44,535 nucleotides of DNA from an uncultured Candidatus Saccharibacteria bacterium. Lineage in GTDB: Bacteria > Patescibacteriota > Minisyncoccia > JAHISW01 > Tagabacteraceae. How positions within the stretch are numbered: position 1 is the stretch's first letter; each line of letters begins with the position of its first letter. Location: contig CAZRMW010000007.1 of NCBI GenBank assembly GCA_964601305.1, forward strand, positions 1 through 44,535, given 5' to 3'. The notes under the pieces are model-generated. The model did not search any database. It was not told the origin of the DNA and was given only the letters and a program-made list of their open reading frames with translations. Shown here one piece after another: positions 8,434 to 17,812 of this stretch. The position numbers were made by a program, and so were the translations under genes.

Positions 8434-9645
8434 ATGCCAACTTATAAATTTACTGCAAAAAAAGTAAGTGGAGAAAAATTAGAAAATACTCGCGAAGCAG
8501 AAAATCAATTTACTTTAGCCAAAGACCTGAGAAAAGAAGGTTATATACTCGTTGATTTTAAACAGGAGGGGAAAAAGAAAAGGATAGACTTAAACAATCT
8601 TTCCTTTGGTGGAGTTCCACTCTCTGAAAAAGTTATTTTTGCTCACAATCTTGCGGTTATGGTCGGCGCTGGCTTGCCTTTGGCAAGAGCGCTTAAAATT
8701 TTAATAGATCAAACTAAAAATGTAAAACTTAAAAATACTCTTACAGCTGTTTCGATAAGTATTACAAAAGGGAAAAGTCTTAGTGAAAGCTTGGCGGAGC
8801 ATGGCAAAATTTTTTCGAAACTCTTTGTTTCTATGGTTAAATCTGGAGAAAAGGGCGGAAAACTAAAAGAATCTCTAAATTTAATTGCCGACCAAATGGA
8901 AAAAGAGGCAAAGCTCAAGAAAAAAGTTTTAGGTGCTATGATTTATCCCTCAATAGTTCTTATGGCTATGGTAGGCATCTCCATATTAATGCTTGTTTAT
9001 GTGGTTCCTGCATTAACTTCTACTTTTGAGGAGCTTGGTGTAGATTTACCACTTAGTACACAGATAATAGTTTGGCTTAGCGAGTCACTAGTGAAAAATG
9101 CTTTAATAGTTTTATTACTGGTAGTGATGCTGGGTGTTGGAGGTTTTTTTCTTTTTAAAAAACCTATAGTAAAAAAGGGATTTAGTTTTATTTTATTAAG
9201 AACTCCTATTATTTCGAAGCTCATCCAGAAAATAAATTCAGCAAGAACCGCGCGAACACTTTCTTCGCTTATTGATTCAGGGGTAGAAATATTGGAAGCA
9301 ATAGATATGACATCTGATGTCGTTCAAAATATTTATTACAAAAATGTACTTAAAGACGCTAAGGCTTTTATTCAAAAAGGTGACTCTATTTCTTCTTCAT
9401 TTAAAAAAGCAAAAAATATTTATCCACCACTTTTTGGAGAAATGGTTGCAGTGGGTGAAGAAACAGGGAAACTTTCTGAAATGCTTTTACAGATAGCAGA
9501 CTTTTATGAAGAAGAGGTGGACGAAGCTACGAAAAATTTGACGACTGTGGTGGAGCCTTTTCTCATGCTTTTTATAGGAGTTTTTGTTGGTTTTTTTGCT
9601 GTTTCAATGATGAAGCCAATGTATAGTATGATGGGAGGACTATAA
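8434..9645 (+). CDS. pilC: Type IV pilus platform protein PilC / GspF
   Basis: GLPLARAL, SGEKGGKL, AMIYP, VGEETGKL, VEP motifs; three TM segments. Confidence 0.95.
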   Translation: MPTYKFTAKKVSGEKLENTREAENQFTLAKDLRKEGYILVDFKQEGKKKRIDLNNLSFGGVPLSEKVIFAHNLAVMVGAGLPLARALKILIDQTKNVKLKNTLTAVSISITKGKSLSESLAEHGKIFSKLFVSMVKSGEKGGKLKESLNLIADQMEKEAKLKKKVLGAMIYPSIVLMAMVGISILMLVYVVPALTSTFEELGVDLPLSTQIIVWLSESLVKNALIVLLLVVMLGVGGFFLFKKPIVKKGFSFILLRTPIISKLIQKINSARTARTLSSLIDSGVEILEAIDMTSDVVQNIYYKNVLKDAKAFIQKGDSISSSFKKAKNIYPPLFGEMVAVGEETGKLSEMLLQIADFYEEEVDEATKNLTTVVEPFLMLFIGVFVGFFAVSMMKPMYSMMGGL

Positions 9646-9660
9646 AAATTAAAAATTTTT

Positions 9661-11442
9661 ATGAATTTTCAATTTTCAATTTTCAATTTTCAAAAAAACC
9701 GAGGACTGTCTCTTGTGGAATTGCTTGTTGGGATAGCGATTATGCTTATTTTTTTTGTTTCTCTGGTTAGTTTTTTAAATGTAAGTTTGAAGGTAGTAGG
9801 TACCTCTAGTGCAAAGGTTGGGGCAGTAGCACTTGCCAATGAACAAATGGAGATCGTAAGAAATTTGCCTTACGATAGTGTTGGTACAGAGGGTGGTATT
9901 CCTCCTGGAAATATATTACAGCAATCTACATCTACCATAAATAATATTGAATACACGACAAGAACCCTTATCCAGTATGTAGATGATCCAGCAGATGGAG
10001 AAGGAGCAAATGATGAAAATGGCATTACAGCTGATTATAAAAAAGTAAAAGTTGAAGTATCTTGGGTTGGTGAAAGTTTTACATCTCCTGTTGTTTTAAT
10101 AACGGATATTGTTCCTAAGGGCATAGAAACTATAGAAGGAGGGGGTACTTTAAAAATAAATGTTTTCGATGCAAGTGTTTCTCCTGTTGTTTCGGCTAAT
10201 GTACATATAGAAAACACAGATACTGTTCCATCTGTTTTTATCGATGTTTTTTCAAATTCTGACGGGAAAGTGGTTTTTCCTGGCGCGCCTTCTTCTGGTA
10301 GTTACGAAATTACAGTTTCTAAAAGTGGATACAGTACAACAAAAACTTACAGTGTTTCTGCAGAAAATTCAGATCCTCAACCCCCGCATATGACAATTTT
10401 GGAGGGAGAAACTACTCAGACCAGTTTTGCTATAGATGTTTTATCTACAAAAACAGTGAATACTTACGAGCCAGAGGGAGAACATAGTTTTCAAGATTTA
10501 TTTAACAACGAAGAAAATATTTCTGCTACTAGTAGTGTTTTTGTAAACGGTGGAGAAGTAAAACTAGAGGAAGATCCGACAGAGGGCTACAACTTGTCTG
10601 GATATATTATTTCTTCAACTACTACTCCAGAGTATCTGAAGAGCTGGAATGAATTTTCTTGGAATGACAGTGAGCCTGTGGATACAGAAATAAAATATTA
10701 TTTGCTTTATGCGAGCAGTACTGGGCAGGCAGAGCTTATTCCAGATACAGACTTAACAGGAAATTCTACAGGTTTCGGTGTTTCTCCGGTTGATTTATCT
10801 TCCCTAAACATAGCTACCTATCCAGAGGTTATTTTAAAGGCAAATCTTACCACCACAAGTACAACAAGTACTCCTGTTTTGTACGATTGGGAGGTTTCCT
10901 GGCAAGCAAATCGTATTCCCTTGCCACAAATTCCATTTTCTATGAGAGGGGAAAAGATAATTGGATATGATTATGGTGTGCCAGCCAATCCAATTTATAA
11001 ATACAACGAGAGTTTAACAACAGATAATAGTGGGCACTTAACGATAAGCAATTTAGAATGGGATAATTATTTAATAACTGTCGACGGCTCTAGTAGCGGA
11101 TACAATATTTCTGAAGTGTGTTCTTTTCAGCCTGCAAGCATTTCTCCCGATACAAATGTACAAACAGATATTCTTTTAGTACCCCATCAAACAAACACTC
11201 TTTTAGTATATGTAGAAAACACAGGGGGGCAATTTATTCCAGATGCTTCTGTAAGGCTTTATAAAACAGGTTACGATGAAACAATAAGTTCATCCACTAC
11301 TTGTGGGCAGTCGTTTTTTTCACCTCTTTCGGCTTCTAACGGCTATACTTTAGAGGTATCTAGGGATGGTTATGGAAATTTCAGTCAGCCTAATTTAGAT
11401 GTCGATGGACAAACATCAATAAAAGTAATTTTATCGCCATAG
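9661..11442 (+). CDS. Large prepilin-type protein with Ser/Thr-rich beta-sandwich (carboxypeptidase-regulatory-like) domains
   Basis: Class III signal RG|LSLVELLVGI; ALANEQMEIVRNLPY; GSYEITVSKSGY and YTLEVSRDGY repeats. Confidence 0.85.
   Translation: MNFQFSIFNFQKNRGLSLVELLVGIAIMLIFFVSLVSFLNVSLKVVGTSSAKVGAVALANEQMEIVRNLPYDSVGTEGGIPPGNILQQSTSTINNIEYTTRTLIQYVDDPADGEGANDENGITADYKKVKVEVSWVGESFTSPVVLITDIVPKGIETIEGGGTLKINVFDASVSPVVSANVHIENTDTVPSVFIDVFSNSDGKVVFPGAPSSGSYEITVSKSGYSTTKTYSVSAENSDPQPPHMTILEGETTQTSFAIDVLSTKTVNTYEPEGEHSFQDLFNNEENISATSSVFVNGGEVKLEEDPTEGYNLSGYIISSTTTPEYLKSWNEFSWNDSEPVDTEIKYYLLYASSTGQAELIPDTDLTGNSTGFGVSPVDLSSLNIATYPEVILKANLTTTSTTSTPVLYDWEVSWQANRIPLPQIPFSMRGEKIIGYDYGVPANPIYKYNESLTTDNSGHLTISNLEWDNYLITVDGSSSGYNISEVCSFQPASISPDTNVQTDILLVPHQTNTLLVYVENTGGQFIPDASVRLYKTGYDETISSSTTCGQSFFSPLSASNGYTLEVSRDGYGNFSQPNLDVDGQTSIKVILSP
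9664..9693 (+). repeat. AATTTTC x4 tandem repeat encoding NFQFSIFNFQ
   Basis: AATTTTCAATTTTCAATTTTCAATTTTCAA directly after the ATG. Confidence 0.85.
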
Positions 11443-11443
11443 T

Positions 11444-12040
11444 ATGATAAGAAACAATAAACAAAAAGGCTTTACTCTAGTAGAAATGCTTGTTTATATA
11501 GCAATTTTTACTATTTTAATTGGTGCAGTTTCTGGTTTTGTAATTTATTTTTACAGAAGTAATGCTTATGTTATCCAGCAAGCTTATGCAGTAAATAGCG
11601 CAAGAAAAGGAGTAGAACTACTAACAAGAGAAATAAAAGAAGCTACTTATTCTGATACAGGCGCATACCCAATTATAGATGCGCAAAGCCAAAGCTTTAG
11701 TTTTTATAGCGACATAGACAGGGATTTAAATATAGAAAAAGTGAAATACTATTTGGAGGGGATAAATTTAAAAAAATCAGAGATGGAAGCGGTAGGTGAT
11801 CCTCCAAGCTATTCTGGTGGAAACGAAAAGATATCTATTGTTTCAGATAATGTAAGAAACGGAGAGCAAATTATTTTTACTTACTACAATGCATCTAGTA
11901 CAGAAGTTGCAGATTTAGACCAAATAGCAGATATAAAATTAGTAAAAATTAATTTGATAGTTAATGTTAATCCAAACAGAGCCCCTGGTGAATTTACTTT
12001 AAGGTCAAACGCCCAAATAAGAAATTTATTCGATGAATAA
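11444..12040 (+). CDS. Minor pilin (PilW/GspJ-like)
   Basis: KG|FTLVEMLVYIAIF N-methylation site; C-terminal IRN. Confidence 0.88.
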   Translation: MIRNNKQKGFTLVEMLVYIAIFTILIGAVSGFVIYFYRSNAYVIQQAYAVNSARKGVELLTREIKEATYSDTGAYPIIDAQSQSFSFYSDIDRDLNIEKVKYYLEGINLKKSEMEAVGDPPSYSGGNEKISIVSDNVRNGEQIIFTYYNASSTEVADLDQIADIKLVKINLIVNVNPNRAPGEFTLRSNAQIRNLFDE

Positions 12041-13457
12041 TTTTAATAAAAATAAAAGACCTGTCTCGCCCAAAGGCGGATACTTGGTTCTTCTAGTACT
12101 TGTTTTTGGATCTGTACTAACCATTTTAGTTGGAGGCACTTTTGGTTTTGTTTTTACACAACATGGTTTTCAGGGGGTAAAAAAAGAAAGAGAAGTTGCT
12201 GTACAAATTGCAGAAGCGGGGGCGAATTATTATAGGTGGTTTTTGTCTCATTATCCCGATGATTTAACAGATGGCACAGGTGGAGAGGGTCCTTACGAGC
12301 ATGAGTACTTTGATCCAGAGGGGGGTGCTATAGGAAAATTTAGCTTAGAAATTAGTGGCGTAGAACATTGTGGTGTTTATAGTGCTATAGATATTATTTC
12401 AACAGGCTGGACCTATAGAGAACCAGATTTTAAAAGAGAAATAAAAGTTAGATACGCAAGACCATCAGTAGCAGAGTATGCATATATAATAAACGACAAT
12501 GTGTGGGCAGGAGGGGATAGAGAAATAAAAGGAAAATATCATTCAAATGGTGGTATACGAATGGATGGAGAAAACGATTCTTTGGTAACAAGCGCAAAAG
12601 ATACTTGGCAGTGCACCCCATCTTTTGGGTGCAGTAGCCCGTATGAAGAAAAAGCCGGGGTTTTTGGAGACGGTGAAGGGGGCGAGTCTGGTTTGTGGAA
12701 ATATCCGTCAGAGCAAGTTGATTTTGCAGGGCTATCTCTAGATTTGTCTCAAATGAAAACCTTAGCGGAGAGTGATGGGCTTTATTTTGCGCCGAGTAGT
12801 AGAGGATACCACATAATTTTTAACAACGATAGCTCTTTTGATTTGTATCAAGTAAATTCTGTGGGCGCTGTTTATGGTTATAGCCAAGAAGAAGGGTATC
12901 ATTGGGATTATCATGTTATAAATAGTGAATCTTTTTTAGGAAACTACAATGTGCCTAGTAGTTGTGGCTTAGTATTTATAGAAGACGATCTTTGGGTAGA
13001 AGGAGAAATCAATGGGAAAATAACAGTTGTGGCAGCAGATCTTATAAATCCAAATGCAGACCCAGATGTAATTTTAGAAGGAAATATTACCTATTCAACA
13101 CAGGATGGATCTGATGGACTTTTGGTTGTAGCCGAAAATGATATGTTGATACCGCTATATTCTCCGGATGAAATGGAGCTTAGAGGAATTTTTATAGCAC
13201 AAAAAGGGCACTTTGGCAGAAACTACTATTCTTCTTGGTGGTATGGCTCTTGGGCAAAGAGAGAAAAGCTAGAAATGAATGGATCTGTTGTAAGTAGCGG
13301 GCGTGTTGGTACAAAATGGACTTCTGGAGGGACTTTTGTTTCTGGATATGAAAATAGAGAAAATACTTACGATAGAAAATTAATGACAGATCCGCCACCC
13401 CTAACACCTTATTCAGACGATGAATTTAAGTTTATAAAATGGGAAGAAATCCAATAG
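12033..13457 (+). CDS. PilX/GspK-like minor pilin
   Basis: KGG|YLVLLVLVF without Glu5, AVQIAEAGANY motif, position after two prepilins. Confidence 0.8.
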   Translation: MNNFNKNKRPVSPKGGYLVLLVLVFGSVLTILVGGTFGFVFTQHGFQGVKKEREVAVQIAEAGANYYRWFLSHYPDDLTDGTGGEGPYEHEYFDPEGGAIGKFSLEISGVEHCGVYSAIDIISTGWTYREPDFKREIKVRYARPSVAEYAYIINDNVWAGGDREIKGKYHSNGGIRMDGENDSLVTSAKDTWQCTPSFGCSSPYEEKAGVFGDGEGGESGLWKYPSEQVDFAGLSLDLSQMKTLAESDGLYFAPSSRGYHIIFNNDSSFDLYQVNSVGAVYGYSQEEGYHWDYHVINSESFLGNYNVPSSCGLVFIEDDLWVEGEINGKITVVAADLINPNADPDVILEGNITYSTQDGSDGLLVVAENDMLIPLYSPDEMELRGIFIAQKGHFGRNYYSSWWYGSWAKREKLEMNGSVVSSGRVGTKWTSGGTFVSGYENRENTYDRKLMTDPPPLTPYSDDEFKFIKWEEIQ

Positions 13458-13621
13458 TTTGGATTTCTTCCCGATCCTGCTCGGAGGCAGGAATCGCCGT
13501 TGTTGAGCGAAGCGAAACAGGCGATAGGTGGGCAGGAAACCGGAACTCCTTGATGTTATTGTTGTCCTAGAACAAAAGAATGGAAAACGGACAAACAGAA
13601 ATCCAATAGTTTGGATTTCTT
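13445..13621. mobile_element. Possible MITE-like insertion bounded by 25-bp direct repeats
   Basis: AGAAATCCAATAGTTTGGATTTCTT at 13445-13469 and 13597-13621; interior is partly GC-rich with hairpins. Confidence 0.5.
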
Positions 13622-14312
13622 ACAATAATCTCAAAATACTTTTTATTTGTATTTCCGCCATTCTAAAAATTCCCATAGAATTTAGTTTGTTTTTAAAATC
13701 TCCTTTTCTTATTGCCTCAAAAATTGCTTGGGGTGTTTTTTCTTTTGCTTCAATTAACACATATCCTCGATCGACATCTTTTAGTTGATGAACATCTGAA
13801 GTTGCTATAAATGGTTTATTATATTTTTCAGCAATCACCCCTGCTTTTTTGTTAAAATTAAAGATTTTGTTTGAAAAAATAGTTTTTTCTATTGCATCGA
13901 ATGATTCAATATTTTTTATTAATTTTTTGCTTAAACTTACTCTTGGTACATAAGGTACAAATGGGTGAGGGGCGATTATAAAAATTTCTGGATTTTCTTT
14001 TTTGTATTTTGCCAGGTCTTCAAAGTTTTTTATTTGTTCTACTTCTTTGCAACCTGCCCGACTGTAAGGCGGGTTTAAAATCAATATATCTTTTTTTTCT
14101 ATAGATGCCTCTATGCCAGGGATTAGTAAAATATCTTTCTTTTTTGCGTAATCTTCGTATTCTTTTTTGTATACAAATTTTCTGTGGCAGGTTAAAGCTA
14201 GACAACCATAATTTTTTTCTTTTGCTTTGTCTATTGCATCAAAAATAGAATAAGAAATTTTATCTCTTGGATCGTCAGAAGTGTGCAAATGAAAATTAGT
14301 TTTTATTAGCAT
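13620..14312 (-). CDS. PHP-domain phosphoesterase
   Basis: NFHLHTSDD, LTCH, PGIE, APHP, ATSDVH motifs; start trimmed to MLIKT. Confidence 0.88.
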   Translation of the reverse strand: MLIKTNFHLHTSDDPRDKISYSIFDAIDKAKEKNYGCLALTCHRKFVYKKEYEDYAKKKDILLIPGIEASIEKKDILILNPPYSRAGCKEVEQIKNFEDLAKYKKENPEIFIIAPHPFVPYVPRVSLSKKLIKNIESFDAIEKTIFSNKIFNFNKKAGVIAEKYNKPFIATSDVHQLKDVDRGYVLIEAKEKTPQAIFEAIRKGDFKNKLNSMGIFRMAEIQIKSILRLL

Positions 14313-14319
14313 AATTAGT

Positions 14320-14355
14320 ATTTTAATTGACATATTACTAATGTCAATGTACTTT
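14320..14355. promoter_or_regulatory. Overlapping divergent sigma70 promoters (PHP and fliA)
   Basis: + strand TTGACA(14327)-17-TACTTT(14350); - strand TTGACA(14347)-16-TAAAAT(14325). Confidence 0.6.
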
Positions 14356-14404
14356 GTAATGAGACCTTAAAAAATATGAGATATACAGAGAAAGGAGCAA
14401 GACT

Positions 14405-15205
14405 ATGATTACGGAAAAAGCGGACAGAGAAAGAGAAAAGGCTTTTATAAAACACCTTCCTCGTGTGAAGAGGATTGTTGAGCGTATCGTTATTTATCTG
14501 CCCCCGAATGTTGATAAGGATGATTTGATGCAAGCAGGCGCTGTTGGCTTGATTGAGGCTATAGATCGTTTCGATCCTGACAGAGGTAATAAGTTTATGA
14601 CTTATGCTAGTTATCGTATCAAGGGAGCTGTACTCACCGAGTTGCGTTCTAGGGATTTTTTATCTAGAAGGGTCAGAGAACAGGGGAAAAGAATAGAAAA
14701 AATATACAATAAACTTAACGGTATTTGGGGGGATATAGCAACAGATGAGGATGTTGCCAATGAAATGGGCATCAGTCTTGAAAAATTCTATAAAATCAGG
14801 GCTATGGCCCACATCTACTTTGTTAAGTTTGATAAAATAGAATTATTCTCGCAAATATCTAAGTTACCTACCTTATTTAAAACAAGTTTTTCTGGGGCTT
14901 TTGGTAAGAGCCGGATTAAATGTGGGTCTAGGGACGTTTTGAGTTTGATAGATTTTATAGAAAATGAGGGCACCAATATAAGTTTTGGAATAATACAAAA
15001 AGAAATTTTTTCTGCACTTTCAACTGCTATTGATCAGTTGCCAGAAAATGAAAAGCTGGTCATATCTCTTTACTATCAAGATGGGCTTACTATGAAAGAG
15101 GTTGGTAAAGCGATGGAAGTTACTGAATCAAGGGTATCGCAAATTCATTCAAAAGCCATTCTGCGTTTGCGGAAAAAATTAAGAATGAAAAATCTCATAG
15201 ATTAA
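14405..15205 (+). CDS. fliA: FliA/WhiG family RNA polymerase sigma factor (sigma28)
   Basis: DDLMQAGAVGLIEAIDRFDP, FMTYASYRIKGAVLTELR, LTMKEVGKAMEVTESRVSQIHSKA. Confidence 0.9.
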   Translation: MITEKADREREKAFIKHLPRVKRIVERIVIYLPPNVDKDDLMQAGAVGLIEAIDRFDPDRGNKFMTYASYRIKGAVLTELRSRDFLSRRVREQGKRIEKIYNKLNGIWGDIATDEDVANEMGISLEKFYKIRAMAHIYFVKFDKIELFSQISKLPTLFKTSFSGAFGKSRIKCGSRDVLSLIDFIENEGTNISFGIIQKEIFSALSTAIDQLPENEKLVISLYYQDGLTMKEVGKAMEVTESRVSQIHSKAILRLRKKLRMKNLID

Positions 15206-15208
15206 AGA

Positions 15209-15238
15209 AAAAGCGCCTTGCTATTAGAGGGCGCTTTT
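15209..15238 (+). terminator. Intrinsic terminator after fliA
   Basis: AAAAGCGCCTT...AGGGCGCTTTT. Confidence 0.65.
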
Positions 15239-15257
15239 ATGATATAATATGTTTAAT

Positions 15258-15470
15258 ATGTGCCTAGCTATACCACTAAAAATTTTAGAAAAAAGGGGAG
15301 ACAAGGTAATTGTTGGCGACGAAAACCATAATCACAAAGCAAATTTGTCTTTAGTTAAAGACGTAAAAGTTGGAGACTATGTTTTGGTGCATGGTGATAT
15401 GGTTTTAAATAAGGTTGAAAAATCTGAGGCACTTCGTATAATAAAAATGGTTGAAAATTTAAATGGATAG
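15258..15470 (+). CDS. hypC: Hydrogenase assembly chaperone HypC/HupF
   Basis: MCLAIP N-terminus; VKVGDYVLVHG. Confidence 0.93.
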   Translation: MCLAIPLKILEKRGDKVIVGDENHNHKANLSLVKDVKVGDYVLVHGDMVLNKVEKSEALRIIKMVENLNG

Positions 15471-15489
15471 TATTTTGAAAGGGGAAAAT

Positions 15490-15936
15490 ATGAAAGGATT
15501 AGAGCTCTTGCTTCTTTTTGCGTATGGTGGAATGAAAAACGGTGTATGTGCAGATACTAATTTTATGGAAAGAGTAAACTTGTTTTTGACAGGATATGTG
15601 GATTTATATAGTCAATTAGCAGAAGAAACCCAGAGTCAGCTTAAAAGTGCTTGGCCTAATTTGGTTATAATAGGAGAGGGGAAAGGTTTACAGCCACTGT
15701 CTCTAGAGGTTGTAGAGGAATATGTTTTTAAGACTCACAACAAATTTGTTATAGATACTTGCAAAGTAAAGAATGGGATTGTTGTTGAAGTAGATAAAGA
15801 AAAAGGTGTTTGTGTGGTAGAAAATAAAGAATACGGGAAAGCTAAAGTAAGTTTTTTACCTCCTTTTGTTGGAAAAATAAAAAAAAGAAACAAAATATAC
15901 TATCATCACAGCTGGTTTGTAAAAAGAGAGAAATAA
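15490..15936 (+). CDS. Hydrogenase-linked protein, DUF6390-like N-terminus with HypC-like OB-fold tail
   Basis: AWPNLVIIG...PLSLEVVEEY recalls DUF6390; IDTCKV...YYHHSW tail; adjacent to hypC. Confidence 0.5.
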   Translation: MKGLELLLLFAYGGMKNGVCADTNFMERVNLFLTGYVDLYSQLAEETQSQLKSAWPNLVIIGEGKGLQPLSLEVVEEYVFKTHNKFVIDTCKVKNGIVVEVDKEKGVCVVENKEYGKAKVSFLPPFVGKIKKRNKIYYHHSWFVKREK

Positions 15937-16014
15937 TACTACACTAGTATTAGGTATTAGATTTTTGATAATTTTTGATCCAAGCCAACCCAAAACAAGC
16001 TTAAGGAGACAAAA

Positions 16015-16512
16015 ATGAAAACTTTTTTAACCCTCGTACTTTTTGTTATGGCGCTGATTTTTTTTACCACTTCCGCTGTTGCTAATACGGCAACGATCCC
16101 CGGCGTGGTTCTGGCTAACACCATTAACTGGTCCGTGTTGGGCGATAACGATTCGACCCTGATTAACAAATTCAGTACTAATACCTACATTCCTGTTTCT
16201 GTCGGTACAATAAAGGCGTTGGATCGAAAACATCGCTGGAAGAGTGCCCAGGAAGTCGTTCGAGCTTTACGCAAGGATACACCCAACATCGCTGCTTTCG
16301 TGGTGACAGCAGGAGGTGATCGTGCCGGCGGGTTTAATCGTTATCGTAACGACCACGAGATTGTGGTATTTGTGACAGGCGAAAATCCTCGGGGGGGATG
16401 GATATTGGCTTACTTTGATCCGGCCAATCAGTTTTTTAGTTTTCAGTCTTTTTTTGAACGCGTACTGGAAATGGCACAACTGGTCGGCCCTGGAGCCAAA
16501 TTCGTAATGTGA
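16015..16512 (+). CDS. Secreted hypothetical protein
   Basis: Signal peptide MKTFLTLVLFVMALIFFTTSAVA; SD AAGGAG; visibly GC-richer than neighbours. Confidence 0.7.
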   Translation: MKTFLTLVLFVMALIFFTTSAVANTATIPGVVLANTINWSVLGDNDSTLINKFSTNTYIPVSVGTIKALDRKHRWKSAQEVVRALRKDTPNIAAFVVTAGGDRAGGFNRYRNDHEIVVFVTGENPRGGWILAYFDPANQFFSFQSFFERVLEMAQLVGPGAKFVM

Positions 16513-16543
16513 TCTTTTCGACATGGGTTACACAAAAAACAAA

Positions 16544-16570
16544 ACAGCCACTACATTATGTAGTGGCTGT
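16544..16570. terminator. Bidirectional hairpin between convergent genes
   Basis: ACAGCCACTACAT-T-ATGTAGTGGCTGT perfect 13-bp arms. Confidence 0.7.
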
Positions 16571-16582
16571 AAAACTTTTTGG

Positions 16583-17812
16583 TTAATGTACAGAGCAGGT
16601 AATACACGGGTCATAAGCTCTAACGAGCATCTCTAGGAGGTGCTTTTTTTGTTTTTTAGGCACTTTTTTGTGTTGTTTTAGTAGTGCTTCAGCACTTTTT
16701 TCTATAGATGTAAGGTTTTGCACTGTTGGAGTAATAATATTTGCGTGTTTTATAATCCCATTTTTGTCAAAATGAATCTCGTGGTAAAGTCCGCCACGCG
16801 GAGCTTCTATGGTACCGATGCCCTTTTTGTTGCCACTAAAACCGACATACGATGTCGGTGATTCACCGACATCGTATGTCGGTTTTTTTAATAGTTGAAC
16901 CAAAATATTTTCAGCTTCTTGGTGGTAATGCAAAAGCTCTATAGCTTGAGCAAGGTTATTATGAAATGGGTTTTTAAAATCTAAAAGCTCCCTCTCTTTA
17001 AATACTTTAAAATAGAGTCGGGCTAAGGCGCCAACAAGCATTTCACGCTTTTTGCCTGTGGCGGGTGAATATTTACCAAACTTAGCTGTTGAGTATCTTC
17101 TGACTTCTTCAGTAATTACTTTTTTGTAATTTTTTACGCTAGTTTTTCCATTACTGCTTGAAACTATTTCTTCGTCTATTTGTGCCACCAGCTCTAAATC
17201 TACTTCTAATTCTGGAAAGATTATGTTTTTGGTGAGATTTAACGCTTTTTGTGCAGAGTTTCTCGTTTTTTTAACATTTTCTAGAAGTTTTTCCAGGTCT
17301 TCTTTTTTTGGTATTTTATGAAAACCTCCAATAGTAGTTGTAGTTGGGTGTACATTTCTTCCTGCTACAACTGTAGCGATTTCGTCGGAAACTTTTTTTA
17401 TATCGAGAGCTGCTTTAAAACTTTTTGGGTCTTTTTTGAAAAGCTCTGTGCCTCTGTCTATACCCAAGTAATCAGGCAAGGATAAAAAGAAAAGGTGCAG
17501 CATGTGGCTCTGCATCATTTGTGCGCAGACCATAAGTTCTCGAAGAAGGCGAGAAGTTTTGTCTATTTTTATGCCAAGTCCGTCTTCGCACGCATTTAGC
17601 GAGGCAAGATTGTGGGCAATAGGGCAGACCCCACAAATTCTAGGAGTAATCCAATGAGATTCTTCTATGGTTCTGCCTACAAGCATGCCTTCAAAGAGTC
17701 TTTCTCCTTCGTGAATGTGGAGTTTTACCTTTCTTGCCCCGCTCGGCGGGGTCCAGTCAACTTCTAGGCTTCCATGCCCCTCAATTTTTGTAATATATTT
17801 GTCGGTTATCAT
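16583..17812 (-). CDS. hydA: Group 3b [NiFe] hydrogenase large (alpha) subunit
   Basis: KIEGHG, L1 RICGVC, EAPRG, L2 DPCITCSVH at the C-terminus; start trimmed to MITDKY. Confidence 0.93.
   Translation of the reverse strand: MITDKYITKIEGHGSLEVDWTPPSGARKVKLHIHEGERLFEGMLVGRTIEESHWITPRICGVCPIAHNLASLNACEDGLGIKIDKTSRLLRELMVCAQMMQSHMLHLFFLSLPDYLGIDRGTELFKKDPKSFKAALDIKKVSDEIATVVAGRNVHPTTTTIGGFHKIPKKEDLEKLLENVKKTRNSAQKALNLTKNIIFPELEVDLELVAQIDEEIVSSSNGKTSVKNYKKVITEEVRRYSTAKFGKYSPATGKKREMLVGALARLYFKVFKERELLDFKNPFHNNLAQAIELLHYHQEAENILVQLLKKPTYDVGESPTSYVGFSGNKKGIGTIEAPRGGLYHEIHFDKNGIIKHANIITPTVQNLTSIEKSAEALLKQHKKVPKKQKKHLLEMLVRAYDPCITCSVH
16838..16886. repeat. Perfect 23-bp inverted repeat inside hydA
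   Basis: AAAACCGACATACGATGTCGGTG-ATT-CACCGACATCGTATGTCGGTTTT. Confidence 0.9.

Noticed and set aside
13528-13788. 86-aa ORF starting inside the repeat-bounded element
   Set aside because: Mostly antisense to the PHP gene; no transposase or other motifs
14326-14348. Inverted repeat ATTGACAT...ATGTCAAT as a repressor operator
   Set aside because: Fully explained by back-to-back -35 boxes of the divergent PHP and fliA promoters
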